64,000 nucleotides of DNA from an uncultured Acidimicrobiia bacterium (GTDB lineage Bacteria > Actinomycetota > Acidimicrobiia > IMCC26256 > JAENVU01). The stretch spans positions 832,646-896,645 of the forward strand of contig CAVYOL010000002.1 of the NCBI GenBank assembly GCA_963770105.1, in the 5' to 3' direction. Shown here one piece after another: positions 47,461 to 55,942 of the stretch. Position numbers and translations under genes: made by a program. The first letter of the stretch is position 1, and each line of letters begins with the position of its first letter. The notes below the pieces were generated by a model. That model was not told where the DNA came from and did not search any database. It saw only the letters and a list, made by a program, of their open reading frames with translations.

Positions 47461-48534
47461 ATGAGTGCCGACACCGCCGCGTTCGCCTGGCCCGACGCAC
47501 TGGGTCCCCTTTCGCGTCGCGAGGATCTCCCGGCCGAGCTCGCGGAGGCCGCGATGGCCACGATCCTCGAGCGGCACGGCGGCGCCGGCCGCAGATCGCC
47601 GCGTTCGCGGTGCTGCTCGCGCGCGAAGGGCGAGACGCCGGTCGAGCTCGCCGCGCTCGTGCGGACGATGCTCGAGTTCGCGGAGTCGATCCCGATCGAT
47701 CCCGAAGGCGCGCCCTCGCCCCTCGTCGACACCTGCGGGACCGGGGGCGACCGGTCGCACACGTTCAACATCTCGACGGTGGCCGCGCTCGTGATCGCCG
47801 GCGCGGGGGTCCGGGTCGCCAAGCACGGGAACCGGGCCGCCTCGTCGGTGTGCGGCTCGGCGGACCTGCTCGAGGAGCTCGGCGTCGTCGATCGACCTCG
47901 GCCCCGCCGGCGTGGTCCGGTGCATCGAGGAGACGAACATCGCGTTCTGCTTCGCGGCAGCAGTTCCACGCGGCGATGCGCTTCGCCGGGCCGGTCCGCT
48001 CGGAGCTCGGCATCCCGACGACGTTCAACTTCCTCGGCCCGCTGGCGAACCCGGCCCGGGTGACCCGGCAGGTGGTCGGGGTCTCGGATCCGGCGATGGC
48101 GGAACGGGTCATCGGCACGCTGCGCGAGCTCGGGGCGAAGCACGCCATGGTCTTCTTCGGTCACGACGGCCTGGACGAGCTCACCACGACCGACCTCTCC
48201 ACCCTGCGGGAGCTGCGCAACGGCGAAGTGCACCGGACGGTCGTCGATCCGCTGGACCTCGGCATCTCCCGGGCCTCCGCCGAGGACCTGCGCGGCGGGA
48301 CCCCGCCCGACAACGCGAAGATCGCCCGGCGAGTGCTCGACGGTGAGAAGGGTGCAGTCCGCGACGTCGTCGTGCTCAACGCCGCGGCCGCGCTGGTGGT
48401 GGCCGACGTCGCGGCCGATCTCGCCGGCGGGCATCGAAGCCGCATGCGCGGCGATCGACACCGGGCGCGCGGCCGAGACGCTCGAGCGGTTCATCACGGT
48501 GAGCCGGTCCGCACGTGAAGCCGAGGCCGGGTAG
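47461..48534 (+). pseudogene. trpD: anthranilate phosphoribosyltransferase, about five frame breaks
   Basis: [50 protein letters not shown] and VLNAAAALVVA match TrpD. There is a compensating pair of shifts at about 47588/47622, leaving roughly 12 codons out of frame ([11 protein letters not shown]). Further breaks lie at about 47888, 47955 and 48428. Confidence 0.9.
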
Positions 48535-48536
48535 CG

Positions 48537-49349
48537 ATGGCCAGCGCACTGCAGTGTCCCGCGTGCGGGTTCAAGCACCGGCTCTCCGGGCTGACGGGCG
48601 ACCCCGTCTTCTCGTGTGAGCAGTGCGGGCGGCTGCTGAAGACGCCGGTCGAGTACCGCCGACCCGAACCGTCGATGCAGTCCGCGGGACCACCGTCGAA
48701 TGGCAGCAGCCGGGTGCAACGCGGCGGTTCCGCCGCGCGCGACCAGACCTCGGTGATGCGCGCGACCGGCGCACCTGCGGCCGCATCGGCCGCCGCAGGC
48801 GCGCCGGCACCACCGCGCCGATCCGCGCCACGCCCACCCGCGACGATGGCCGTCCCGCTGCAGATCCTCGGCTGGGTCGTCGCCGTGCTCCTCGGCGGGA
48901 TCGTCGTCCGGTACCTCGCGAAGTGGACGGGCCTGGTCACCGGGGACTCGATCATCGACATCCTCACCGGCACCGGCTGGGGCCGCTACCTCCGGGTGTT
49001 CGCGCTCGTCCCGTTCTGGGCGCTGGTCACCGCGGGGCTGATGACCGGCTTCACGGAGGGCGCCCGATGGTGGAGCGCGCGGCGCCGGACGATGCCGTCC
49101 GGACGTCCCGTGCGGCCGCGCCCGGCGGCGCCGCGACCGACGCAGCCGAAGCCGGCACCCGCCGCGTCGACCCCGCCGCCGGCCCGGACCCAGGCGCCGC
49201 CGTCTCGGACCGAGGCACCGGCTCCGGCCCCGGCTCCCGCCCCGGCGCCCGCGCCGAAGCCGGCTCCTGCACCGGTCGAGACGAGCCCGGCGAGTGGGGG
49301 CGACGCGCCCCGGCCCCGCCGGATCCCGAAGCGCGACATCTCCTCCTAG
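48537..49349 (+). CDS. zinc-ribbon membrane protein with a Pro/Ala-rich tail, unknown function
   Basis: N-terminal CPACG...CEQCG, three TM helices, then a low-complexity tail (APAPAPAPAPAPKPAPAP). Confidence 0.6.
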   Translation: MASALQCPACGFKHRLSGLTGDPVFSCEQCGRLLKTPVEYRRPEPSMQSAGPPSNGSSRVQRGGSAARDQTSVMRATGAPAAASAAAGAPAPPRRSAPRPPATMAVPLQILGWVVAVLLGGIVVRYLAKWTGLVTGDSIIDILTGTGWGRYLRVFALVPFWALVTAGLMTGFTEGARWWSARRRTMPSGRPVRPRPAAPRPTQPKPAPAASTPPPARTQAPPSRTEAPAPAPAPAPAPAPKPAPAPVETSPASGGDAPRPRRIPKRDISS

Positions 49350-50947
49350 CCCGCCGGCGGGGCCAGCTCGGCGGGGAGGTGGTCGACGGTCGCGTCGAGC
49401 AGGCGGGCCCGTCCCGCCGCGAGCTCGCGCTCGACCCAGCGGGCGACGACGACGAGCTCGTCCAGGTCCTGGCGCTCGGTGGTGCGCGCCGGGCGGTCGT
49501 CGGCCGCCCCTTCGCCGGTGGCCAACCGTCCGTTCTCGAGCTCGATGACACCGGTCACGGTCAGGATGCGCAGGGTCCCGGAGCTGCCGAGCCAGTCCAG
49601 CAGCTGATGGTGGCGGAGCACGCCGGCGAGGGTCGCCCGCTGGTCCCGCGCGATCGCGGCGGCTTCGAACTGGTCGGTGGCCGCGAGCTCGTTCATCCGC
49701 GTCGTGAGGGAGTCGAGCAGCACGTCGGGTTCGCCCTGCAGCCCGCGGACGACGGACGCGACCACGGTTGCGTACTCGGTCTCGGAGCCGTGGCCACGGC
49801 ACGGGCACTCGACCAGGCCGCCGGTGGCCGGGCACGGCCCGTCGTCCGGTGCGTCGGGTCGGATGCGCGTGCTGCAGCGGCGGATGGGCACCGCGGCCTC
49901 GATGGCGGCTCGGAGCGCGGTGACGGCCGCGAACGAGGCGAGCGGACCGAAGTAGAGCGCGCCGTCGTCGCGGGCCTGGTGCACGACGGCGAGACGCGGG
50001 AAGCGCTCGGACAACGTCAGCTTCAGGTACGCGTAGCCGCGCCAGCCCTTCCCGCGGCGGTTGAACCGCGGCTCGTGCTCCCGGATGAGGCGCGCTTCGC
50101 GCACGGACGCCTCGAGCTCGTCCGCGCACTCGATCCAGTCGATGGCCTCGGTCTCGCACACCAGCTGGGGCACCTTCCGCCGGTCGCCGCGGAAGTGCGA
50201 ACGGACGGAGGTGCGCAGGTTGGCGGCGCGGCCCACGTACAGGACGGTGCCGTTCCGGTCGCGGAACCGGTAGACGCCCGGGCGGCGGGGGAGCCGCGCG
50301 GTGAGCCGGAGCTTGCTGGTCGACGGGTGGAGGCGGATCTTGGGGAGCGCGAGGAGGTCGTCCAGGGCGAGCACGCCGAAGGTACCGGCCCGTTCGAGGA
50401 GCGCGTGGAACACCTCGGCCGTCGCGTCCGCGTCGGCGAGCGCGCGGTGGCAGGGCTCGACGGTGACCCGGAGGTGACGGGCGAGGGTGCCGAGCTTCAG
50501 ATCGTCGACCTCGTCGTGGAGCAGCCGCCGGGACATCCCGAGGGTGTCCGCCCGCGGGTTCTCGAGCGGCGGCGCGCCCCGGCGCACGAGCGCGGCGTCC
50601 AGAAAGCTGATGTCGAACCGGATGTTGTGGCCGACGATCACCGCGGGGCCGATGAACTCGAGCAGCGCCGGGAGGACCTCGTCGACGCGCGGCGCGGGCA
50701 GCACCATGGACTCGGTGATGCCGGTCAGCACCGTGATGTACGGAGGAATCGGCATCCCGGGGTTGACGAGCGTGTCGAACACCCCGAGGCATTCGCCGCC
50801 GCGGTACTTCACCGCGCCGACCTCGGTGATCTCGTCGAGGTCGGGCGAGGTCCCGGTGGTCTCGAGGTCCAGCACCACGAAGGTGACGTCGCACAGCGGT
50901 GTCGCGAGGGCATCGAAGCGGTCCGGGAGCGGGGGAGAGGTGAGCAC
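49346..50947 (-). CDS. DEDD (DnaQ-like) 3'-5' exonuclease fused to a GIY-YIG (UvrC/Cho-like) nuclease domain
   Basis: Exo motifs are present (VVLDLETTG, VGHNIRFDISFL, HRALADA), followed by GIY-YIG (PGVYRFRDRNGTVLYVGRAANLRTSV...E). The GTG start is taken at 50947 (VLTSPPLP...). The longer track ORF would overlap the divergent small gene. Confidence 0.8.
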   Translation of the reverse strand: MLTSPPLPDRFDALATPLCDVTFVVLDLETTGTSPDLDEITEVGAVKYRGGECLGVFDTLVNPGMPIPPYITVLTGITESMVLPAPRVDEVLPALLEFIGPAVIVGHNIRFDISFLDAALVRRGAPPLENPRADTLGMSRRLLHDEVDDLKLGTLARHLRVTVEPCHRALADADATAEVFHALLERAGTFGVLALDDLLALPKIRLHPSTSKLRLTARLPRRPGVYRFRDRNGTVLYVGRAANLRTSVRSHFRGDRRKVPQLVCETEAIDWIECADELEASVREARLIREHEPRFNRRGKGWRGYAYLKLTLSERFPRLAVVHQARDDGALYFGPLASFAAVTALRAAIEAAVPIRRCSTRIRPDAPDDGPCPATGGLVECPCRGHGSETEYATVVASVVRGLQGEPDVLLDSLTTRMNELAATDQFEAAAIARDQRATLAGVLRHHQLLDWLGSSGTLRILTVTGVIELENGRLATGEGAADDRPARTTERQDLDELVVVARWVERELAAGRARLLDATVDHLPAELAPPAG

Positions 50948-51013
50948 GCTGCCGATACGGTAGCGAACATCTGTTCGACGGCCGAGGATCTCGGCTTCGA
51001 AAAGGCCATCGGT

Positions 51014-51286
51014 ATGATCGGCGCGATGACGAGCGGCGGCCCCGAAGCCCAGTTCCGGTGCACGGCGTGCGGGAACCTGACCCGCTTCGATGTGACGGTG
51101 ACCCGGCGGGTCAAGGAGTTCCGGCACTTCAGCGTCGGCGGTGACCTGACGCTCGAGAGCACCGAGATCCTCGACGAGCAGGTGGAGCAGGTCGTGTGCC
51201 GCTGGTGCAGTGCGAGCGGCGATGCGATCGAGCTGCGGTCGGGCGTCGGTCCCGACGCGGCTCAGTCCGACGCCGGCGCGGCGTGA
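51014..51286 (+). CDS. 90-aa zinc-ribbon protein, unknown function
   Basis: This is the C-terminal part of a long spurious track ORF. It starts at ATG 51014 (or 51026) and has CTACG...CRWC pairs. It is divergent from the exonuclease gene. Confidence 0.55.
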   Translation: MIGAMTSGGPEAQFRCTACGNLTRFDVTVTRRVKEFRHFSVGGDLTLESTEILDEQVEQVVCRWCSASGDAIELRSGVGPDAAQSDAGAA

Positions 51287-51311
51287 CGCCGCGCCGCGGC
51301 CCGGTGCGGAG

Positions 51312-51731
51312 CTACTCGCCGAGCAGCTGCACCACGATCTTGCGGGTGCGCGGGCGATCGTCGAAGTCGACGCAGACGATCTTCTGCCAGACCCCGAGGA
51401 GCAGCTCGCCGCCGGCCATCGGGACGGTCACCGACGGCCCGATCAGCGCGGCGCGGGCGTGGCTGTGCCCGTTCGTGTCCGCGTTCCGCTCGTTGTGCTC
51501 CCAGCGGCTGTCTTCCGGGGCGATGCGCTCGGCGACCGCGTTGAGGTCGGCGTTGCAGCCGGGCTCGTACTCGATGGTGGTCATGCCACAGGTGGAGTGG
51601 GCCACGAAGACGGTGCAGATCCCCTCGGTGATCCCTGAGTTGTCGATCGCCTTCTGGGCCTGCGCCGTGAGGTCGATGACCTCACCGTTGCCTTGCGTGT
51701 CGAGCGACAGCTCCTCATACCGTGCCTGCAT
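51312..51731 (-). CDS. YjbQ/UPF0047 family protein (secondary thiamine-phosphate synthase-like)
   Basis: 139 aa. ITEGICTVFVAHSTCGMTTIEYEPG...DTNGHSHARAALIGPS...GEL.LG.WQ is the family signature. Confidence 0.85.
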   Translation of the reverse strand: MQARYEELSLDTQGNGEVIDLTAQAQKAIDNSGITEGICTVFVAHSTCGMTTIEYEPGCNADLNAVAERIAPEDSRWEHNERNADTNGHSHARAALIGPSVTVPMAGGELLLGVWQKIVCVDFDDRPRTRKIVVQLLGE

Positions 51732-51764
51732 GACCCCCCAGTCGCGCCGGCGCGATCGGCTCCG

Positions 51765-53210
51765 ATGCCGGACGCGGACGAGCGCTCATTCTACGGAAGG
51801 CTCCACCCGAAGGCACCTTCAGGGCCGCCGGGGCGGGCTCCGGTGAGCGATCCGGTCGTCCCGCCCCTGCCCGAGGCGCTCCTGGCGCCCCTGCTCGACG
51901 CCGCCGGAGCAGCGCTGCGGGAGCTCGAGCCCGAGCGCGTGCCCGGATCGCTGCGCCAGCTCCGGGGGTTCCACGCCCGGGCCATGGCTCGCGGCGCCGC
52001 GCGCCAGCAGCTGCGCACCGCGATGGAGACCGACGACGCGTTCCGCAAGCAGGTCGTCGAGCACTTCCTCGATCAGCCCGAGGTCCGGGCCGCGCTCGAC
52101 GGTTGGGACGCAGCGGTCGCACCCCAGCGCATCGACGAGGCCGCGGCCCGTTCGGACCTCCCGCTGCTCGCTTCCGCGCTCGTCGCCGCGCGTCCGACGG
52201 GGTGGATGTACGGCCTGGGTCTCGCCGCGGCGACGTTCGACCGGTCGCGCCGGGTGCACGAAGCCGACGACGCGCTCGCCGCGCTCGAGCAGCGCCTGGC
52301 ACAAGCTGACGAAGCGCGCCGGCGGGCCGACGACGCGAAGGCCGCGGCCGAAGTGGAGCTGCGGCGCCTCGACCGCGAGCTGCGGGAGGAACGGGGCGCC
52401 CGGCGGATCCGTGACGACCAGACCCAGCGCGCGGTCGACGCCGCGCAGCGTCAGGTCGACGAAGCGATGGCGGAGGGAGCGCGGCTGCACCGCGCGGCCG
52501 AAGCGGCCGGCGAGCGCGAACGGCGCACCGGGAACCGGCTCCGCACGATCGAAGCCGAGCTGCGCGCGGCGCGCGAAGCGGCGTCGGGGCCCGAGGTGAC
52601 GCTGCGGGACAACGACCTCCAGGCACTGGTCGACGCGGCCGCGCTGGCGGCCCGGTTGTCGAAGGGGCTCGGCGGTGTCGCCGATCGCGTCCAGACCCTG
52701 CGGAACCCGAAGTCACCACCGCGTCCCTCGAGCGCGCGCACGGCCCCGCCGCGGCGCGATCGCCGCGCGGGCCTCCGCGTGCCGCCCGGGCTCTCGGTGG
52801 ATGCGCCGGAGGCGGTCGAGTCGATGTTGCGCACGCCCGGAGCCGTGCTGGTGGTGGATGGCTACAACGTCACGAAGCGGGCGTGGCCCGACGTCAAGCT
52901 CGCGGAGCAGCGGGACCGGTTGGTGAGCGCGATCACCGCGGTGCACGCGCGCACGCACTGCGATGCGACCGTCGTGTTCGACGGGGCTGAGGTCGGACGG
53001 TCACCCACCGAACGCCGGCCGGGAGTACGGGTGCGGTTCTCGGACGCCAACGAGGAAGCCGATGCGGTCGTCGTGCGTGAGGTGGCCGCACTGCCGCCCA
53101 CGGTGCCGGTCCTGGTGGTGTCCTCGGATCACGAGGTGCGGGACCAGTCGGAGGCCGAAGGGGCGACGGTGGTGTCGAGCGATACGTTCCTCCGCGCGCT
53201 GCGCGCCTGA
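51765..53210 (+). CDS. NYN (YacP-like, PIN-fold) domain protein with an N-terminal coiled-coil region
   Basis: The C-terminal roughly 150 aa read VLVVDGYNV...ATVVFDG...VRFSD..EEADAVV...VLVVSSDHEV. An Ala/Arg/Glu-rich helical region lies upstream. The ATG start is taken at 51765. Confidence 0.7.
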   Translation: MPDADERSFYGRLHPKAPSGPPGRAPVSDPVVPPLPEALLAPLLDAAGAALRELEPERVPGSLRQLRGFHARAMARGAARQQLRTAMETDDAFRKQVVEHFLDQPEVRAALDGWDAAVAPQRIDEAAARSDLPLLASALVAARPTGWMYGLGLAAATFDRSRRVHEADDALAALEQRLAQADEARRRADDAKAAAEVELRRLDRELREERGARRIRDDQTQRAVDAAQRQVDEAMAEGARLHRAAEAAGERERRTGNRLRTIEAELRAAREAASGPEVTLRDNDLQALVDAAALAARLSKGLGGVADRVQTLRNPKSPPRPSSARTAPPRRDRRAGLRVPPGLSVDAPEAVESMLRTPGAVLVVDGYNVTKRAWPDVKLAEQRDRLVSAITAVHARTHCDATVVFDGAEVGRSPTERRPGVRVRFSDANEEADAVVVREVAALPPTVPVLVVSSDHEVRDQSEAEGATVVSSDTFLRALRA

Positions 53211-53212
53211 GG

Positions 53213-53400
53213 GCTCGGATCGACGCAACGATCGCGATCGCGATCACGAAGCATCCGATCGCGATGAGGGCGACGGATCCGTCCATGAACCCCGGGATGA
53301 GGAACACCGCGGCGAGCGACCAGAGTGCTACGGGCCCGCCCCGGCCTTCACGGGAGAGCGTGAGGACGAGGTCGACGTCGTGGGTCTCCCAGTACGTCAT
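53213..53400 (-). CDS. possible small membrane protein, 3' end unresolved
   Basis: The first roughly 60 codons from ATG 53400 have high GC3 and two hydrophobic helices. The track ORF has no stop until 52933 and would overlap the NYN gene by about 270 nt, which I do not believe. The end given here is nominal. Confidence 0.3.
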
Positions 53401-53642
53401 CACGGTGAGGTGAGGTCCGAGGGCACCATTGGGGACCGACGGTACGACGTGGTTCTCACCGCAGTCGACGCGGATACCGACTGTTCACCGTTTGGTTGCC
53501 GTCTCCTTGGGTTCCGTTGAGCGCTCGGTGAACACGGGCCGAACCTTGTACGAAGACGACGTTCAATGCTTGTAGGCGCGCGGTCTCTCAGGTTCTCCTG
53601 TCGCACGGCGGATGCGAGGCGTCCAACTCTGGAGGAGAAGCT

Positions 53643-55706
53643 GTGCGACGGATCGTTGCTCTGTTCTTGGCGTTGCTGGTCGGTGGAGTCGGCCTGACCC
53701 TCGCGGCATCGTCCGCGTCAGCATCGACCATCACGTCACCGAGCGCGAACCCGTTCGCCGTGCCGGGTGACGCGGGAGGCAACCCACAGGCGTTCACGAT
53801 CTCCGCGACCGGCTTCGCCGCGGGTGCGAACGTCTTCGTCGAGCAGTGTGACGGCACGCCGCCGACGGCGATCGGCTGGTCGCCGACTGCCAACTGCGAC
53901 CTCGTGTCCTCACCGGCCGCGGTCATCGCGGACGGCTCCGGGAACGCGACGTTTGCGGCCGCGGACCCGAACCACTCGTTCCTGCCGTTCAAGGGCATCA
54001 GCCCGCAAGGGATCTTCAACTGCCTGGCGCCGGGGCAGGCCTCGCCGGCGAACGGGCTTCCGGACTTCACGAACTGCCAGGTCCGCGTGTCCACCAACAA
54101 CACGGTCGCGACGAGCGACCAGGTGTTCCTGACCATGACCCTGCCCGCGGCTGCCGCCGGCGTGGCACCCGGGTTCACGGGCACGCCGTCGGGTGGGACG
54201 GTCGGTTCGCCGTACAGCTTCAGCTTCACTGGCATCACCGGTTCGCCGGCGCCGACGATCGCGGTGAGCCCGGCGACGATTGCGGGTGGGATCACGATCA
54301 GCTCGGCCGGGGTCTTGTCCGGCACGCCGACGACGGCGGGTTCGTTCCCGATCACGGTCACCGCGAGCAACGGCGTCGCGCCGAACGCGGTGAAGACCTT
54401 CACGCTGGTCGTCGCGCCGGCGAACACCGACGTCGCCCCCGGCTTCACGGGGACGCCGTCGGGTGGGACCGTCGGTTCTTCGTACAGCTTCAGCTTCACC
54501 GGGATCACGGGGAGCCCCGCGCCGACGTTCGCGGTGAGCCCGGCGACGATTGCGGGTGGGATCACGATCAGCTCGGCCGGGGTCCTCTCGGGGACACCGA
54601 CGACGGCCGGGTCGTTTCCGATCACCGTGACGGCGAGCAACGGCGTCGCGCCGAACGCGGTGAAGGCCTTCACGCTGGTCGTCGCGCCGGCGAACACTGA
54701 CGTCGCTCCCGGCTTCACGGGGACGCCGTCGGGTGGGACCGTTGGTACGGCGTACAGCTTCAGCTTCACCGGGATCACGGGGAGCCCCGCGCCGACGTTC
54801 GCGGTGAGCCCCGCGACGATTGCGGGTGGGATCACGATCAGCTCGGCCGGCGTCCTCTCGGGGACGCCGACGACGGCGGGTTCGTTTCCGATCACCGTGA
54901 CCGCGAGCAACGGCGTCGCGCCGAACGCGGTGAAGACGTTCACGCTGGTCGTCGCGCCGGCGAACACTGACGTCGCTCCCGGGTTCACGGGGACGCCGTC
55001 GGGTGGGACCGTTGGTACGGCGTACAGCTTCTCCTTCACCGGGATCACGGGGAGCCCCGCGCCGACGTTCGCGGTGAGCCCGGCGACCATTGCCGGTGGG
55101 ATCACGATCAGCTCGGCCGGCGTCCTCTCGGGGACGCCGACGACGGCGGGTTCGTTTCCGATCACCGTGACCGCGAGCAACGGTGTCGCACCCGACGCGG
55201 TCAAGACGTTCACGCTCGTGATCGCGCCGGCCGGCACGGGTGGAGCGCCCAACTTCACCGGGACGCCTTCCACCGGGAAGGCCGGCATGGCGTACAGCTT
55301 CAGCTTCACGGGGGTCATTGGTTCGCCGGCGCCGACGTTCGCGATGAGCCCGGCGACCGTCGACGGGATCTCCATCAGCTCGGCGGGGGTCCTGTCGGGC
55401 ACGCCGACCGCGTCCGGGTCGTTCCCGATCACCGTCACCGCGAGCAACGGCGTGGCACCCGACGCAGTGAAGGCCTTCGTCCTGGTCATCGCTCCCGCGA
55501 TCGACAACCACCATCCGCATCACCGTCCGCCCGTCTGCGTGGCTGACGGCAGCCACTTCAACGAGTGGATCTGGACGTGGCTGGCCCGTCACTTCGATTC
55601 GCGCGATGCCGGCTTTGCGTGGATGCACCGCTGCTTCCCGCGGCATCACTGGACTTCGCGCAACAGCACGATGTGGGATCGCACCTTCGCGGGTCGTCAT
55701 CGGTGA
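53643..55706 (+). CDS. secreted protein with five tandem putative Ig-like (He_PIG / cadherin-like) domains and a His/Trp-rich tail
   Basis: The GTG start follows GGAGGAG and there is a signal peptide ending ASSASA. A Cys-containing N-terminal domain of about 145 aa comes next. Then there are 5 x 90 aa of APGFTGTPSGGTVG..YSFSFTGITGSPAPTFAVSPATIAGGITISSAGVLSGTPTTAGSFPITVTASNGVAP, followed by a 67-aa tail. Confidence 0.85.
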   Translation: MRRIVALFLALLVGGVGLTLAASSASASTITSPSANPFAVPGDAGGNPQAFTISATGFAAGANVFVEQCDGTPPTAIGWSPTANCDLVSSPAAVIADGSGNATFAAADPNHSFLPFKGISPQGIFNCLAPGQASPANGLPDFTNCQVRVSTNNTVATSDQVFLTMTLPAAAAGVAPGFTGTPSGGTVGSPYSFSFTGITGSPAPTIAVSPATIAGGITISSAGVLSGTPTTAGSFPITVTASNGVAPNAVKTFTLVVAPANTDVAPGFTGTPSGGTVGSSYSFSFTGITGSPAPTFAVSPATIAGGITISSAGVLSGTPTTAGSFPITVTASNGVAPNAVKAFTLVVAPANTDVAPGFTGTPSGGTVGTAYSFSFTGITGSPAPTFAVSPATIAGGITISSAGVLSGTPTTAGSFPITVTASNGVAPNAVKTFTLVVAPANTDVAPGFTGTPSGGTVGTAYSFSFTGITGSPAPTFAVSPATIAGGITISSAGVLSGTPTTAGSFPITVTASNGVAPDAVKTFTLVIAPAGTGGAPNFTGTPSTGKAGMAYSFSFTGVIGSPAPTFAMSPATVDGISISSAGVLSGTPTASGSFPITVTASNGVAPDAVKAFVLVIAPAIDNHHPHHRPPVCVADGSHFNEWIWTWLARHFDSRDAGFAWMHRCFPRHHWTSRNSTMWDRTFAGRHR
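54165..55502 (+). repeat. five in-frame tandem repeats with a 270-bp period
   Basis: Units start at 54165, 54435, 54705, 54975 and 55245. A hand alignment of units 2 and 3 shows about 15 differences in 270 nt. Unit 5 is clearly more diverged, and so is the end of unit 4. Confidence 0.9.
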
Positions 55707-55942
55707 GCTGACGCGCGCAGAGAACACCGGTGCGGTAGCGCGGCAGTGAACCATGCGTGAACGCTCGTGCTGATCACGGGATTCATGTTGCAGCGCTCTG
55801 TACCTTGCTCGCACCGCCGAACCTGATCCCGTCCAGGTGGGAACGGCGTTGCTGCGTCACCAAGGGGCCCTGGCTCGAGTGTCCGCGAGCCAGGGCCCTG
55901 ACGCGTCGTGCCCCCGGCCGGTCTGTCGGGTAAGAAGACAGG

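Noticed and set aside
47220-50894. Very long ORFs antisense to or overlapping real genes. Examples: 47220-50894(-), 48623-51286(+), 1036-3663(-), 8062-9804(-), 10231-12297(-), 14728-16743(+), 15779-18523(+), 21355-23070(-), 39154-40659(-), 53588-55507(-), 55697-57499(-), 62153-63805(-)
   Set aside because: Their translations are Arg/Gly/Pro/Asp-rich with no family resemblance. They shadow ORFs that have clear homologs. Stop-poor alternative frames are expected at this GC content.
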